This document shows positions 15,435-26,651 of a stretch of DNA of 64,000 bases, in pieces. The stretch's first letter is position 1, and each line of letters begins with the position of its first letter. Where the stretch lies: NCBI GenBank assembly GCA_964016885.1, contig OZ024740.1, forward strand, positions 372,186,001 through 372,250,000. The letters are read 5' to 3'. The notes under the pieces were generated by a model that saw only the letters and a list, made by a program, of their open reading frames with translations, was not told where the DNA came from and made no database searches. The DNA comes from Eledone cirrhosa (lineage: Eukaryota). A program made the position numbers and the translations under genes.

Positions 15435-15849
15435 ATTTTGAAAGGTTTATAATTATGAATTTTCAATAGATTTTCGTAGCTGTCTCAGTGGACTAGCAGT
15501 AGGTACTAGAGACGGTGGACATCTTGGTCTTTTGTTCAATCCTGGTCGAGAGGTACATGTAAGCTTTTTCAGTTTTTATTTTACACCCTATAGGAAAAAC
15601 CTGAAAATGTTTATCGGGAACCCTATTCCCGACAAAATCAAACTTCAGACCACGATCACCACCGTCTATGATTCCTCCAACTAGGACGCCGAGACAGCTA
15701 CAAAGGTGTAATGAAAATTAATAATTATAAACCTACTTTCAAAATCAAAGATAAAAGGTTGTGGTGTCGTTCGTGGCTTTCCTAGAGCTTTTAGTCATAT
15801 TTAGGTTCGACTTGTCAATCTTCTGGCTCTTTGGTAACAACCTCATTAT
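15435..15849. mobile_element. Foldback unit 1 with two convergent tRNA-like heads
   Basis: Outer inverted repeat attttgaaa(gta)ggtttataa / ttataaacctactttcaaaat and inner inverted repeat gtagctgtctc (15477) / gagacagctac (15691). A-box/B-box-like sequences occur on both strands. Confidence 0.6.
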
Positions 15850-16134
15850 ACATATGAATAAAACATATATACATATGAATAAACTAAGCCGAAATCATAG
15901 AAGATTCAATAGAAATACCACAAAGAGATAGAGAGAGACAGAGGGTGATGAATTGGAGACATGAGGTGCAACAGAAATGAAACATGGATTACAACTTAAA
16001 ATATAGTCTAGATAGATGAGAAACAAAACAAGTATGTAGTTTATGGAACAACTAAATGATTTAGAAGTCGACCTTAAGTAGGAGCAATAACATTAAAAAA
16101 TATATGAAAGACACTACATCATTTTGATTTGAAC

Positions 16135-16529
16135 ATTTTGAAAGTAGGTTTATAAGTATCAATTTTCAGAAGGTTTACGTAGCTGTCTCAGTGGACCAGC
16201 GGTGGGCACTAGAGACGGTGGCGATCCTGGTCTTGGGTTCAATTCTGGTCAAGCGGTGCATTTTCAATTTTTATTTTACATCCCATAGAAAAAAATTGAA
16301 AAGGTTTACCGAGACCCCTACTCTCGACCAGGATCGAACTTCAGCCAGGATCATCACTGTCTATGAGTCCTCCAACTAGGCCGCCGACACAGCTACAAAG
16401 CTAATTATAAACCTACTTTCAAAATCAAAGTTAAAGAGTTGTGGTGTCATTCATGGCTTTCCTAGAGCTATTAGTCATATTTAGGGTCGACTTGTCAATC
16501 TTCTGGCTCTTTGGTAACAACCTCATTAT
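16135..16529. mobile_element. Foldback unit 2 (diverged direct repeat of 15435-15849)
   Basis: Perfect 21-bp inverted repeat at 16135-16155 / 16405-16425. B-box-like ggttcaattc on + and agttcgatcc on -. Shares a downstream tail of about 105 bp with unit 1. Confidence 0.65.
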
Positions 16530-16582
16530 TCCTATGTGTGTTTAACTGTGGAATTAATCTAATTTGATTATTTTAAGAAACA

Positions 16583-16626
<44 letters not shown>

Positions 16627-16751
16627 GGAAAATATGAAACGAAATTTCATTTCTGACTCTTAGTACGGCTGTTACTTAAATTTGCTCAGCCGTTAATGTG
16701 CATAAGGAGAGTATATACTTTCAGACGTTCAATCATCTGGCAGGAAGGTAT

Positions 16752-16794
16752 ACGGTGCTGACGATAGCTCATAAGCTTGAAACTAGTACATCGT
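16752..16794 (+). ncRNA. Minimal type I hammerhead ribozyme
   Basis: acggtg CTGACGA t agct-cata-agct t GAAA ctag TA catcgt. It has a 6-bp stem I, a complete core, a palindromic stem III (actagt) and a GUA cleavage triplet. Confidence 0.8.
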
Positions 16795-16911
16795 TCCTTT
16801 GTCAGTGTTGAACAAAAGGGCAACGATGGTTGCTAAACACTGTACGGCTTAATTCGGGATGTTTGTTTACAAACAAACCGAGCATTATAATTGTGTATGT
16901 ATGTATAGATA

Positions 16912-17015
<104 letters not shown>

Positions 17016-17251
17016 TATGTATACGTACATACATATATGTATACAGACGTACAGTAGTATGTATATATATACATACATGCACACATATATATATATGTAC
17101 GTATGGATTTACCGAACATTAATTCGGGATGTTTGTTTACAAAGAAACCGAGCATTATAATAAATGTTCGGTGTCATTTGTAAACATCTATTATAATGCC
17201 GGGGTTTCTTTGTAAACAAACATCTCGAATTAAGCCGTACAGTGTTTGTCA

Positions 17252-17289
<38 letters not shown>

Positions 17290-17425
17290 AATGTTCGGTA
17301 AATCCATACGTACATATATATATATATGTGTGCATGTATGTATATATATGCATACTACTGTACGTCTGTATACATATATGTATGTACGTATACATACTTA
17401 TATAATATGTATGTACGTATACATA

Positions 17426-17513
<88 letters not shown>

Positions 17514-17630
17514 TATATATACATATATGCACAATTATACTGCTCGGTTTGTTTGTAAACAAACATCCCGAATTAAGCCGTACGGTGTTTAGCATCCATC
17601 GTTGCCCTTTTGTTCAACACTGACAAAGGA

Positions 17631-17673
17631 ACGATGAACTAGTTTCAAGCTTATGAGGTATCGTCAGCACCGT
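17631..17673 (-). ncRNA. Inverted copy of the hammerhead at 16752
   Basis: The minus strand reads acggtg CTGACGA t acct-cata-agct t GAAA ctag TT catcgt. There is one stem II mismatch and the triplet is GUU. Confidence 0.7.
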
Positions 17674-17931
17674 ATACCTTCCTGCCAGATGATTGAACGT
17701 CTGAAAGTATATACTCTCCTTATGCATATTAACGGCTGAGCAAATTTAAGTATATATATATATACCGGTGGGGGTGAATTGGTACTCACATGGGAACGGA
17801 TGAAAAACCCAAAAGCACGCACTTAATCCGTTCCCATGTCGATTCAATTTGGATTGCCTCGGAAACATAACCTTATTATGTAACAAGCTGTCTGACACTC
17901 GCACACAGAACAGTGTGGCCAGTGTCGTCAT

Positions 17932-18562
17932 TGAAATATATATATATCACAGCATTATTATTAAAGGACTTAGGGCGGTGGATTGGCAGTATCGGTAGAG
18001 GGTCGGACGCCATGCTTTCCAGCATAGTTACGTCCCTTTACGATCTGAGTTCAAATCCCGCCGAGGTTGACTTTGCCTTTCATCCTTACGGGGTCGATAA
18101 AATAAAGTACCAGTAATACACTGGATAATTGCTGGCCTTGTGCCAAAAAGTAGAAACAATTATTATTAAAGGACTTGAACATCTGAAAATACTTCGCTTT
18201 TCCTTATTCTATATATATATATATATATATATAGTAGAATAAATATGGTTTTATAAATATAGTTTCCACCTATTTAATATCATTGAATATTATACCCCAG
18301 AAAAGTTGTCGAGTGCTCTGAATCAGTTATAAACATTTATATTTGTTGGATTACCAACAAATTGAATATCCCTTTTGCTTATATTTATATTATTTGTTTC
18401 TTAAAATAAAATAATATATATAGAATAAGTAAAAGCGAAGTAGTTTCAGATGTTCAAGTCCTTTAATAATAATGCTGTGATATATATTTATGTTGAAATA
18501 TATATCACAGCATTATTATTAAAGGACTTGAACATCTGAAACTACTTCACTTTTACTTATTC
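17932..18562. repeat. Triplicated approximately 70-bp unit in +/-/+ orientation, including a hairpin at 18423-18562
   Basis: The unit tatcacagcattattattaaaggacttgaacatctgaaa..tacttc.cttt..cttattc occurs at 17945-18210 (split by the SINE), inverted at 18420-18485 and direct at 18500-18562. Confidence 0.85.
17972..18160 (+). mobile_element. Full-length tRNA-headed SINE with target-site duplication
   Basis: A box tggcagtatcgg and B box gagttcaaatcc. The central block gactttgcctttcatccttacggggtcgataaaataaagtaccag resembles the Meta/MESC SINE domain as I recall it. It has an (ATT)n tail and the TSD attattattaaaggactt (17954-17971 / 18159-18176). Confidence 0.9.
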
Positions 18563-18638
18563 GATATTTACTCCGTCACTCCTATGTGGAAAAAGTACGT
18601 TGAGTGCTTGACTTGAATTGCATCAATATTTACCCTAA

Positions 18639-18673
<35 letters not shown>

Positions 18674-18849
18674 GAGTGAGTGTGAAAGACCAAAGGTCAT
18701 TATTAAGAGTCTCTGGACTTCGCAAAATATATAATATTTTTATTATTGCAGAAGATTTTTCGCAAAAATTTGATTGCACCGTTTTGTTTCCACATGTATT
18801 TATTTTTGAAAATGTTATTTATTCATGATAAAAATTAAATGATATCATT

Positions 18850-19132
<283 letters not shown>

Positions 19133-19897
19133 AGAAAGAAGAGTGACATGGTTTGCTATACAATATGAGCTTTATTCACACTGCTGCCAATTGTTTCTCT
19201 GAACTGGTAGGTCTAGAGATCGCTACCCGCCTGTTTTTGCGTCAATCGATCACCAATACTTTGTTATAACCAGTCTATTCATCAGAGCATGCGAGAAATA
19301 AGGAAATACAGAGGCATGGCTTCTATATATAGTAGTGGCATTAATTCAGAACAATAATAACGATACTCAAATAAATTAGCTAGATAGTTTAGAAATCTAA
19401 GTAAGAAATAGAGTATACTGATGACTTTAGCATGTAAAACGAGCTGATACGAAATAGATGAATGAAATTGACATGTAAAAGCTGTCATGGGGTATATTAT
19501 ATATAGTGTAGAGATAACCTAGGGCTTGAAATAATGGACCATTTACTTTACTGTAGGTTTGCTGACCGTAAGATTTATTTATTATCAGACAGATAAAATA
19601 TTTTCATTGTAGTGAGGATGGTAATTTTATGTGGTGTAAAGCGGATTCATTATTTAAGTGGTCTATATTAGATGAAGGGATTATTAGATCGAATTATGGG
19701 TTGTTTAGCTTTCAACAGCTCCAATAACAAATCATGCATGAATAAGACAACAACAGAATAGGCAATAAGGTAATACAGAGATTAAGAAAGCAAGGTATAT
19801 ATAGATAGAACCTGATGAATACTATTACGGATACATTGGGGTGTTCATTATAACAACAGGAGGAAGGTGATATTTCAAGGACTGTGGTAGTAGTCAA

Positions 19898-20080
19898 ATA
19901 ATTGTTTCTACGTTAGGCACAAGGCCAGCAATTACCCAGTGCATTACTGGTACTTTATTTTGTCGACCCCGTAAGGATGAAAGGCAAAGTTAACCTCGGC
20001 GGGATTTGAACTCAGATCGTAAAGGGACGTAACTCTATACGTCAAAGCATGGCGTCCAACCCTCTCCCAATACTGCCAAT
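19898..20080 (-). mobile_element. tRNA-headed SINE with 13-bp TSD
   Basis: Family sequence on the minus strand. TSD gtagtcaaataat at 19890-19902 and 20081-20093. Confidence 0.9.
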
Positions 20081-20314
20081 GTAGTCAAATAATGTACTTA
20101 GAATTAAGTTCATTTGTTGAAAATCAAGAGTGAGGAGGTGGTGTTGACAGCAGCCGAGAAGAGATATATTTATGGGTTGATAAGATATTTGCAGACATTA
20201 CTGTGGTATAGAATTAATGAGGCTAGAAGCTGTTTAGCGAATATTATAGTTCTGTGGTGGTCTGTGTGAGAGTGCTGATTTCATATGTTGAATGCTACGT
20301 TATGTTGGTTTGAA

Positions 20315-20770
20315 TCATGGTGGCTTAAATCTTGTGAATTTAGTAGCGATCCTGTGTCTGCAGAAAATTGACTTTTCTATTTTGTTGTTGAGTAGCCTTT
20401 TTTCGTTCCCAAGGATATACAGTAATTCAAGGTCGCAGAGCCTACAATAGGACATACCGGTACTATATGCCCTTGCAGCCGACAACCTCGGCCAGTTGAT
20501 ATTGTAGTCTATGTTTTTGTCCTTAAGTTCCCAGATTTTTTTGGCGAGGGTTGTAGAACCTATTAGTGCACGGTTCTTCATCGAATGTCGGTGAACATAC
20601 CATCTTTTTTTAAAAGTACCCGCGGTGGATCCAATGTAATGCCGAGTGGAGTTGCCCGAGTTCACCGTACACATGTACACTAGGCTCGTATCAAGGCACC
20701 TGTTCGCGAATGGGCACCTATCTGATAGGTGACAATTGCAGTTTGAGGTGTTATTCCGTGCAGCTTCCAC
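20315..20770 (-). pseudogene. GIY-YIG endonuclease C-terminal fragment of a Naiad-type Penelope-like element
   Basis: CNC..CP..CL linker, LVY..YIGST..FKKRW..H, IWELK, CRLC and terminal CRH..K motifs. No RT lies upstream. Confidence 0.85.
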
Positions 20771-20810
20771 ACCTCTGTTTTGTACACCTCTGTTTTCTTT
20801 AATATAGAAA

Positions 20811-20861
20811 AGCTTCTACAGGATTAGAACTATTTCATTCGTGAGAAATCATCAGGAAGCT
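20811..20861 (-). ncRNA. Type I hammerhead ribozyme
   Basis: The minus strand reads agcttc CTGATGA t ttc-tcac-gaa t GAAA tag-ttctaatc-ctg TA gaagct, with a perfect 6-bp stem I. Confidence 0.78.
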
Positions 20862-21025
20862 GACTGTCCTAGTAAATATGGTGGCATTTATATCTTTTCT
20901 GGTGGTAGGAGAGGGTGGGGATTGGGAAGGGTGGAGGTCATTGGTTGATGGGTTTAACGAAAAGGGAAATCTTTAAAGGCTAATTCTTTAAAGCTATATT
21001 TAGAGTGAATAAGTGATTATTTAGA

Positions 21026-21097
<72 letters not shown>

Positions 21098-21423
21098 ATA
21101 ACTATATGGGTATAAGAGTGTGATTTTTTGCGAGTGTGTGGGAGTAAAGGTTTATATATATATATGTGTGTGTGTGAATGTGCTTGTAGACACCTGAAAC
21201 ATAGCTTAAGAGAAACTTAACAATTAGGAGAGGCACCCCAATTTGAACTTGTTTATATAATTCTTTTTGCCTTTTGTCACTCTAAATACAGCTTTAAAGA
21301 ATTAGCTTTTAAAGAATTCCCTTTTCTTTAAACCTATCAACCAATGACCTCCACCCATCCCAATCCCCACCCTCTCCTACCACCAGAAAATATATAAATA
21401 CCACCATATTTACTTGGACACTC

Positions 21424-21474
21424 AGCTTTCTGATGATTTCTCACGAATGAAACAGTTTTAGTCCTGTAGAAGCT
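21424..21474 (+). ncRNA. Type I hammerhead ribozyme (inverted partner)
   Basis: agcttt CTGATGA t ttc-tcac-gaa t GAAA cag-ttttagtc-ctg TA gaagct. Differences from the partner copy are wobble-compatible or fall in loops. Confidence 0.78.
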
Positions 21475-21581
21475 GTTCTATATTACACATTTATACTCTG
21501 CTTTGTATTGAGTACCTTACTTACTGTATTACCGCCGATTGAACCCGGGATAAACTTATATATATATATATATATATATAT

Positions 21582-22403
21582 ACAAATGGAAGTACAGCCT
21601 AATCGACGGTCTGGCTGCAGTTAAGCTAACGAATGCAATCGGAATGTACAGCTACGCCCTCAATAGGTATTTTACCTTAGAGTTATAACATTACGTTTAG
21701 ACAGCTTTGCAAATTGAAGACAGCGACCAGTAAGCCAGCCGGAGTGACCAAAGCAACGAAAAAAACTGACTCAGGAAAATATGACAAACCTAAACTATCG
21801 CGTCGATATTATACAATATCTCCGCTAGGTTTCTGTAAATCCGAAATCAGCAAAGTCCACTTGCGGGGCATACAAGTTATTGGTTTTGGAAGATCGAACA
21901 GGGGATTTACTTTCTCAACAAGTTTTCGTTCTCAGCCGCTCCGGTTGTGAATTTTAGCAGTAAACACTGACAGTCACGTGGTTTTCCCGAAGGGAGGTAA
22001 ACTCTCGGTTTTGGCGGTCAAAATTCAAATTTTGAATAAAAGGAATAAATTCCTTTCCAAAAATCGAATAAAGCTCTCAACAGATCGTTATTAAACAAAC
22101 ATAAACAATTAACCAATCAATAGAATTGTCTAATTAAATTAATCAATTAATCATTAAGTCTAGGAGATAATAATACAAATGGAAGTGCAGTATAATCGAA
22201 GCTCTGGCTGCAGCTAAGCTAACTAATGCAATCGGAATGTGCAGCTAGGCCCTCAATAATGTATTTTACCTTACGTTTAGACAGCTTTGCAAATTGAAGA
22301 CAGCGACCGGTAAGCCAGCCGCAGTGATCAAAGCAACGAGAAAACTGACTCAGCGAAATATGACAAACCTGGACCATCGCGTCGATATTACAGAATGCTA
22401 GGT

Positions 22404-22410
<7 letters not shown>
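21582..22410. mobile_element. About 830-bp non-coding element with long terminal direct repeats, embedded in (TA)n
   Basis: acaaatggaagt...gctaggtttctgta occurs at about 21582-21837 and again at about 22175-22410, with indels. (TA)n flanks both sides. Confidence 0.7.
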
Positions 22411-22450
<40 letters not shown>

Positions 22451-22455
<5 letters not shown>

Positions 22456-23060
22456 TAAAACATGTCTATAGAATCACCAGTCTATAGAATCACCAGTGCT
22501 GTGCTTTCTAGCAAAAAGCCACCAGCCGTAAGCAACTACCACACCCCTTCCAACCTGACCGCTGCTACGTCACGATTCTTAGCCATTTTTGAATGTATTC
22601 TTGGCGCGATCACTTTGGGAAATTTATTGTCTAGATTAGAGCAAACTCCTGAAGAGTCTGGTGCTCGAGTTTCCGAAGTTATTGGAAATATCAAAATGCG
22701 GACGAAACCAAGGTCGAGGTAAATAAATGTATTCTCTTTTCTCCTAGTTTATTTTACACCTAATTCTGTTTAATTAACTGTATATCTGGGCGATTAAGCT
22801 GTCGAAATATTCGATAAATATTCCGTTGCAGCCGACGCGAAGGGCTAGTTTCGGTTATTTGTTGGAGATTTCTTCATAGAAGCCTTATTCTTATAGCCTG
22901 GTCTATTCGATTTTTTTTATATGGTTGATTATGCTAATTGGGAGAAGAAATGGTATATATTTTATCTGGTGATTCTATAGACATGTTTTATGATATATAG
23001 CTCTGATTATTTAATTTATTAACTTTTCATTGAGCCACAAAGTGACCCGTTGCAAAACAA
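22451..23060 (+). mobile_element. (TA)n-embedded inverted-repeat module with hammerhead (probable PLE pLTR remnant)
   Basis: A 30-bp inverted repeat, tatcataaaacatgtctatagaatcaccag (22451-22480) / 22966-22995, encloses a hammerhead motif. Confidence 0.6.
22646..22718 (+). ncRNA. Minimal type I hammerhead ribozyme motif
   Basis: ctc CTGAAGA gtctg..cggac GAAA cc-aa-gg TC gag. The core is canonical, with G10.1-C11.1 and a GUC triplet. Stem I is only 3 bp. Confidence 0.6.
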
Positions 23061-23069
23061 GTATATGTA

Positions 23070-23158
<89 letters not shown>

Positions 23159-23243
23159 ATAATAATAAATTTGAAGACTAAAATCCAAAGAGGGCCCGAT
23201 AAGGATAAATATATATATCAGATATATAAGAACCGTAGAGCAA

Positions 23244-23387
23244 ATATTTATTAAAATAACAGATTAAAGCTTAAGCAAAGAATCGGTGCTGTCACTCTTA
23301 ACGGGATCTTCTGAAGATCTGAGTTTCAGAAGATCCCGTTAAGGGTGAAAGTAGCGATTCTTTGCTTAAACTTTAATCTGTTATTTT

Positions 23388-23396
<9 letters not shown>
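23244..23396. repeat. About 150-bp DNA palindrome of a dispersed repeat
   Basis: Arms aacagattaaag.ttaagcaaagaatcg..gct.tcac.cttaacgggatcttctgaa surround a 9-nt loop. Single arms also occur at 10869-10930 and 10202-10226. Confidence 0.9.
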
Positions 23397-23426
<30 letters not shown>

Positions 23427-25350
23427 CCCAGATAGCGGCTGGAAGATATCTGGAAGATATGGGGTTCAATTCCTCATAGCGGTCGTTGGTAAATTATTTT
23501 TCCGTCTTTTAAGGGTCTTCACCCTATTTTATAAGCAAACTTTATAGTAAATTTACGGCTTGGACATTTTATACTCATATAATTAAATAAATCCATTATT
23601 TTGTTATTTGTAGGGGAAAATACGAAAATAACTAATATTAAAGGTAGTGTCTGACAAATGGTAGAATAAACGAAGCCGGTATATCATACAGATATTTAAT
23701 GAAATCCATAAAGCAGGAAAGACTATAAATGTTTCAAAGATAAATGTTTAGAATATACGTTTAAAAAAATACAAAACTGGTTATTTATTTTTTCAACCCC
23801 GGAAGGATGCTAGGGAGACCCTGCAAAATTTGAACTGGGGGATCTTTCAAGTGCCGTTATGCAAAGTGATGCTGAGAGGATATGACGGGGGTGATAAATC
23901 TTTCAGTAAGACTATGCTTATTTACGTTAGCCCTTGTATTTCGATTATCTATTAAAATCATATTCGCTATATTATGTGTACTGGTGGTAGAGATAGGTAT
24001 ATATTTTGATTTTCCTCTAGTTACTAAAAGTGATATAGTCAAATTTTGGGAACTTTTCAAGAAAACTAGCTTCCAGTTGCAAAGTAAGGCTAAAATGCAA
24101 GGGAGGAGATGACGTATTCAGCTATATCTGTACAACACTCACGAGCGTGTCAATGAATATCTGTGCAGGCATAACAGTCCATCTCCTCTCCTCTCTCTCT
24201 TTATATATATATATATATATATATAATAAATGTAATCTGAGTTTTTCAAATATTAACAATAACATTCGATTCGTTTGCAATTATGCAAACAAGCCTCATT
24301 TTTAAAGCCATGTCAGTAGAATGAGCCCTTCATTCTTGCTCTTGTGTTGGCATGTAAACTGTTTACATGCTATAGCTTCATTCGGCTTCGTTGTCTGTGC
24401 TGTATATATATATATAAATATATATATCTTAGTTAACTGTGTAATAACAATTACATTCGGCGCACCGTTCGAAGCACTCGATGCTGTTACGACGTTCATT
24501 TCGTTGGGTTGCATTGCAGTGTAACGGCTGTAGTGTGCAGAGTGTAAACATATTTAAAAGAGTCGAATTCAGTGTTACAGCATATGTACAAACTTTCTTT
24601 GGATATTACAATTGTTTCGATATCGATTAAATTAGAGTAGAATCAAGGTGAATGGGCCCGACTCTTTTTTGACATCTCACCAGATATGCTAGCTTGTATG
24701 TGCAAAGATATATCTAAAGACACATGTAATGCAGTGTTCAGACACTGGATACTACATGAACAATGGATGATTTACATAATGTTAAATGCTTTAATCAATT
24801 TGTTGCATCATAGTTTACCAACCCGAAACACCAGTTCTACCCATTGGTAAACAGTTTAACATAAATGAAGTACTGCTGCTATTAAAGTCGAGCGCTTTGT
24901 GATGTGATGAAGAACATTGGCCACGATCATGTTATAAGAGGATCTACCACCGAAGAACTCCCAAAACTGAGTCCTTCTCATAGCATGGACTCGACCGGAC
25001 ATGGTTACCTACTACTACACGGAGCAGAATTTGATTTGACGGACTTTCTAGATTGCTGGTTGTGTGATTCCATTTTACTATTTCATTTTAAATGTTAGTA
25101 GTGAACTTTTAGTCAGTGACATATCTACACAAACGTCTTATTTTTTATTTTTTCCTTTATTTATTTTATATTTATATCGTATTTTTTTATATTTATAATT
25201 ATATTATATTTTTATCTATATATAATTTATTATTATATGTTTCATTATCTTATTATATTATTATACTACTTTGTTATTATTACTTTCTATATCTCAGTCA
25301 ATTGGCTGACAGAAACACAGAGTAAATATGTGAACAAGCATTCATTATCT

Positions 25351-25537
25351 GTGGATTGGCAGTATCGGTAGAGGGTCGGACGCCATGCTTTGCAGCAAAG
25401 AGTTACGGCCCTTTATGGTCTGAGTTCAAATTCCATCGAGGTTAACTTTGCCTTTCATCCTTACGGGGTCGATAAAATAAAGCACCAGTAATACACTGGG
25501 ATAATTGCTGGCCTTGTGCCAAAAGTAGAAACAATTA
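25351..25537 (+). mobile_element. tRNA-headed SINE
   Basis: Near-identical to 17972-18160, with a short TSD attatct. Confidence 0.9.
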
Positions 25538-25552
25538 TCTAAAATATATATT

Positions 25553-25737
25553 AATAATTGTTTCTACTTTTGGCACAAGGCCAGCAATTATCCCAGTGCA
25601 TTACTGGTACTTTATTTTATCGACCCCGTAAGGATGAAAGGTAAAGTTAACCTCGGCGGGATTTGAACTCAGAATGGCAAGGGTCATAACTCAATGCGTC
25701 AAAGCATGGCGTCAGACTTACCGATACTGCCAATCCA
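25553..25737 (-). mobile_element. tRNA-headed SINE, tail-to-tail with the previous copy
   Basis: Family sequence on the minus strand. TSD aaaa(c/t)atatattaataat on both sides. Confidence 0.9.
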
Positions 25738-25834
25738 AAACATATATTAATAATAGTGGTATTGTATCCCTTTGCTAACCATGTCTGTATACAGAATCCT
25801 CTCATATAAAGATATCAAAGGGTTTTGAACCTAC

Positions 25835-26060
25835 TCAAGGCGTTACATATTTAACGTTGTGGGCTGAATTCCTGGACTGGATATTGTGTGTTGTGTTCTT
25901 GAGAAAACACTTCATTTCATATTGCTCCAGTATACTCAACTGAAAATGAGAACCAGCAATTGCTTGGAGTTTAACCCTCCAGGAGTGAGTATTGTACTCT
26001 TGGTCACTTAACGCCAAGGAAACTGGGATAAGAACCGGCCCGATGAGCATCCGGCTTGAG
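25835..26060 (+). mobile_element. CORE-type SINE of a different family
   Basis: ttgtgttcttgagaaaacacttcatttcatattgctccagtatactcaactgaaaatgagaaccagc resembles the CORE domain. It is preceded by a decayed B box (gctgaattcc). Confidence 0.55.
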
Positions 26061-26468
26061 ACTTAGACTAGTTATATATATAGTTTATTTGTGTGTTTAT
26101 TTGTAGTTTATTTGTGTGTGCATATATTAAATATGCATATATTAAATATGCATGTATTAAAGTATATGGGAGATTAAATTATTATAAGATAGTGTTCTTT
26201 AAATAAAACGTTTGTAGCAATATTTAACATAAAATCCGATCGTTGTACTTGATTTAAATATATTGTGATTGATGCTAATACTAACTGATTTATTGTGTGC
26301 CAATAAATGTTATTCCATCTAATTTCAAAATAAAATGTACACTTTTGGATGATTTTCTTTTGTTCCTTACATAGCATAACGCTCTAGAATATGAGTCTGT
26401 ATATATTTATAGATATTTTCATAACTGCATTTTTCTGCTATCATTCTTGTCATTGCCATCATACTAGA

Positions 26469-26651
26469 AATAATTGTTTCTATTTTAGGTACAAGGCCAG
26501 CAATTACCCAGTACATTACTGGAACTTTATTTTATCGACCCCGTAAGGATGAAAGGCAAAGTTAACCTCGGCGGGATTTGAACTCAGATCATAAAGGGAC
26601 GTAACTCTATGCTTCAAAGCATGGTGTCCGACTCTTTACCGATACTGCCAA
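26469..26651 (-). mobile_element. tRNA-headed SINE
   Basis: Family sequence on the minus strand, followed by (AGT)n/(AGC)n. Confidence 0.9.

Larger units (their letters stand above)
20800..21485. repeat. About 209-bp inverted repeat (inverted pLTR-like arms) around a (TA)n(TG)n spacer
   Basis: 20800-21008 is the reverse complement of 21277-21485, with scattered substitutions. Confidence 0.92.

Noticed and set aside
15477-16260. Functional tRNA genes
   Set aside because: A/B boxes are present, but the anticodon and T arms do not pair properly. Treated as tRNA-derived repeats.
20315-20770. Selenoprotein-type Naiad endonuclease
   Set aside because: There is no internal in-frame TGA in the fragment; all Cys positions are normal codons.
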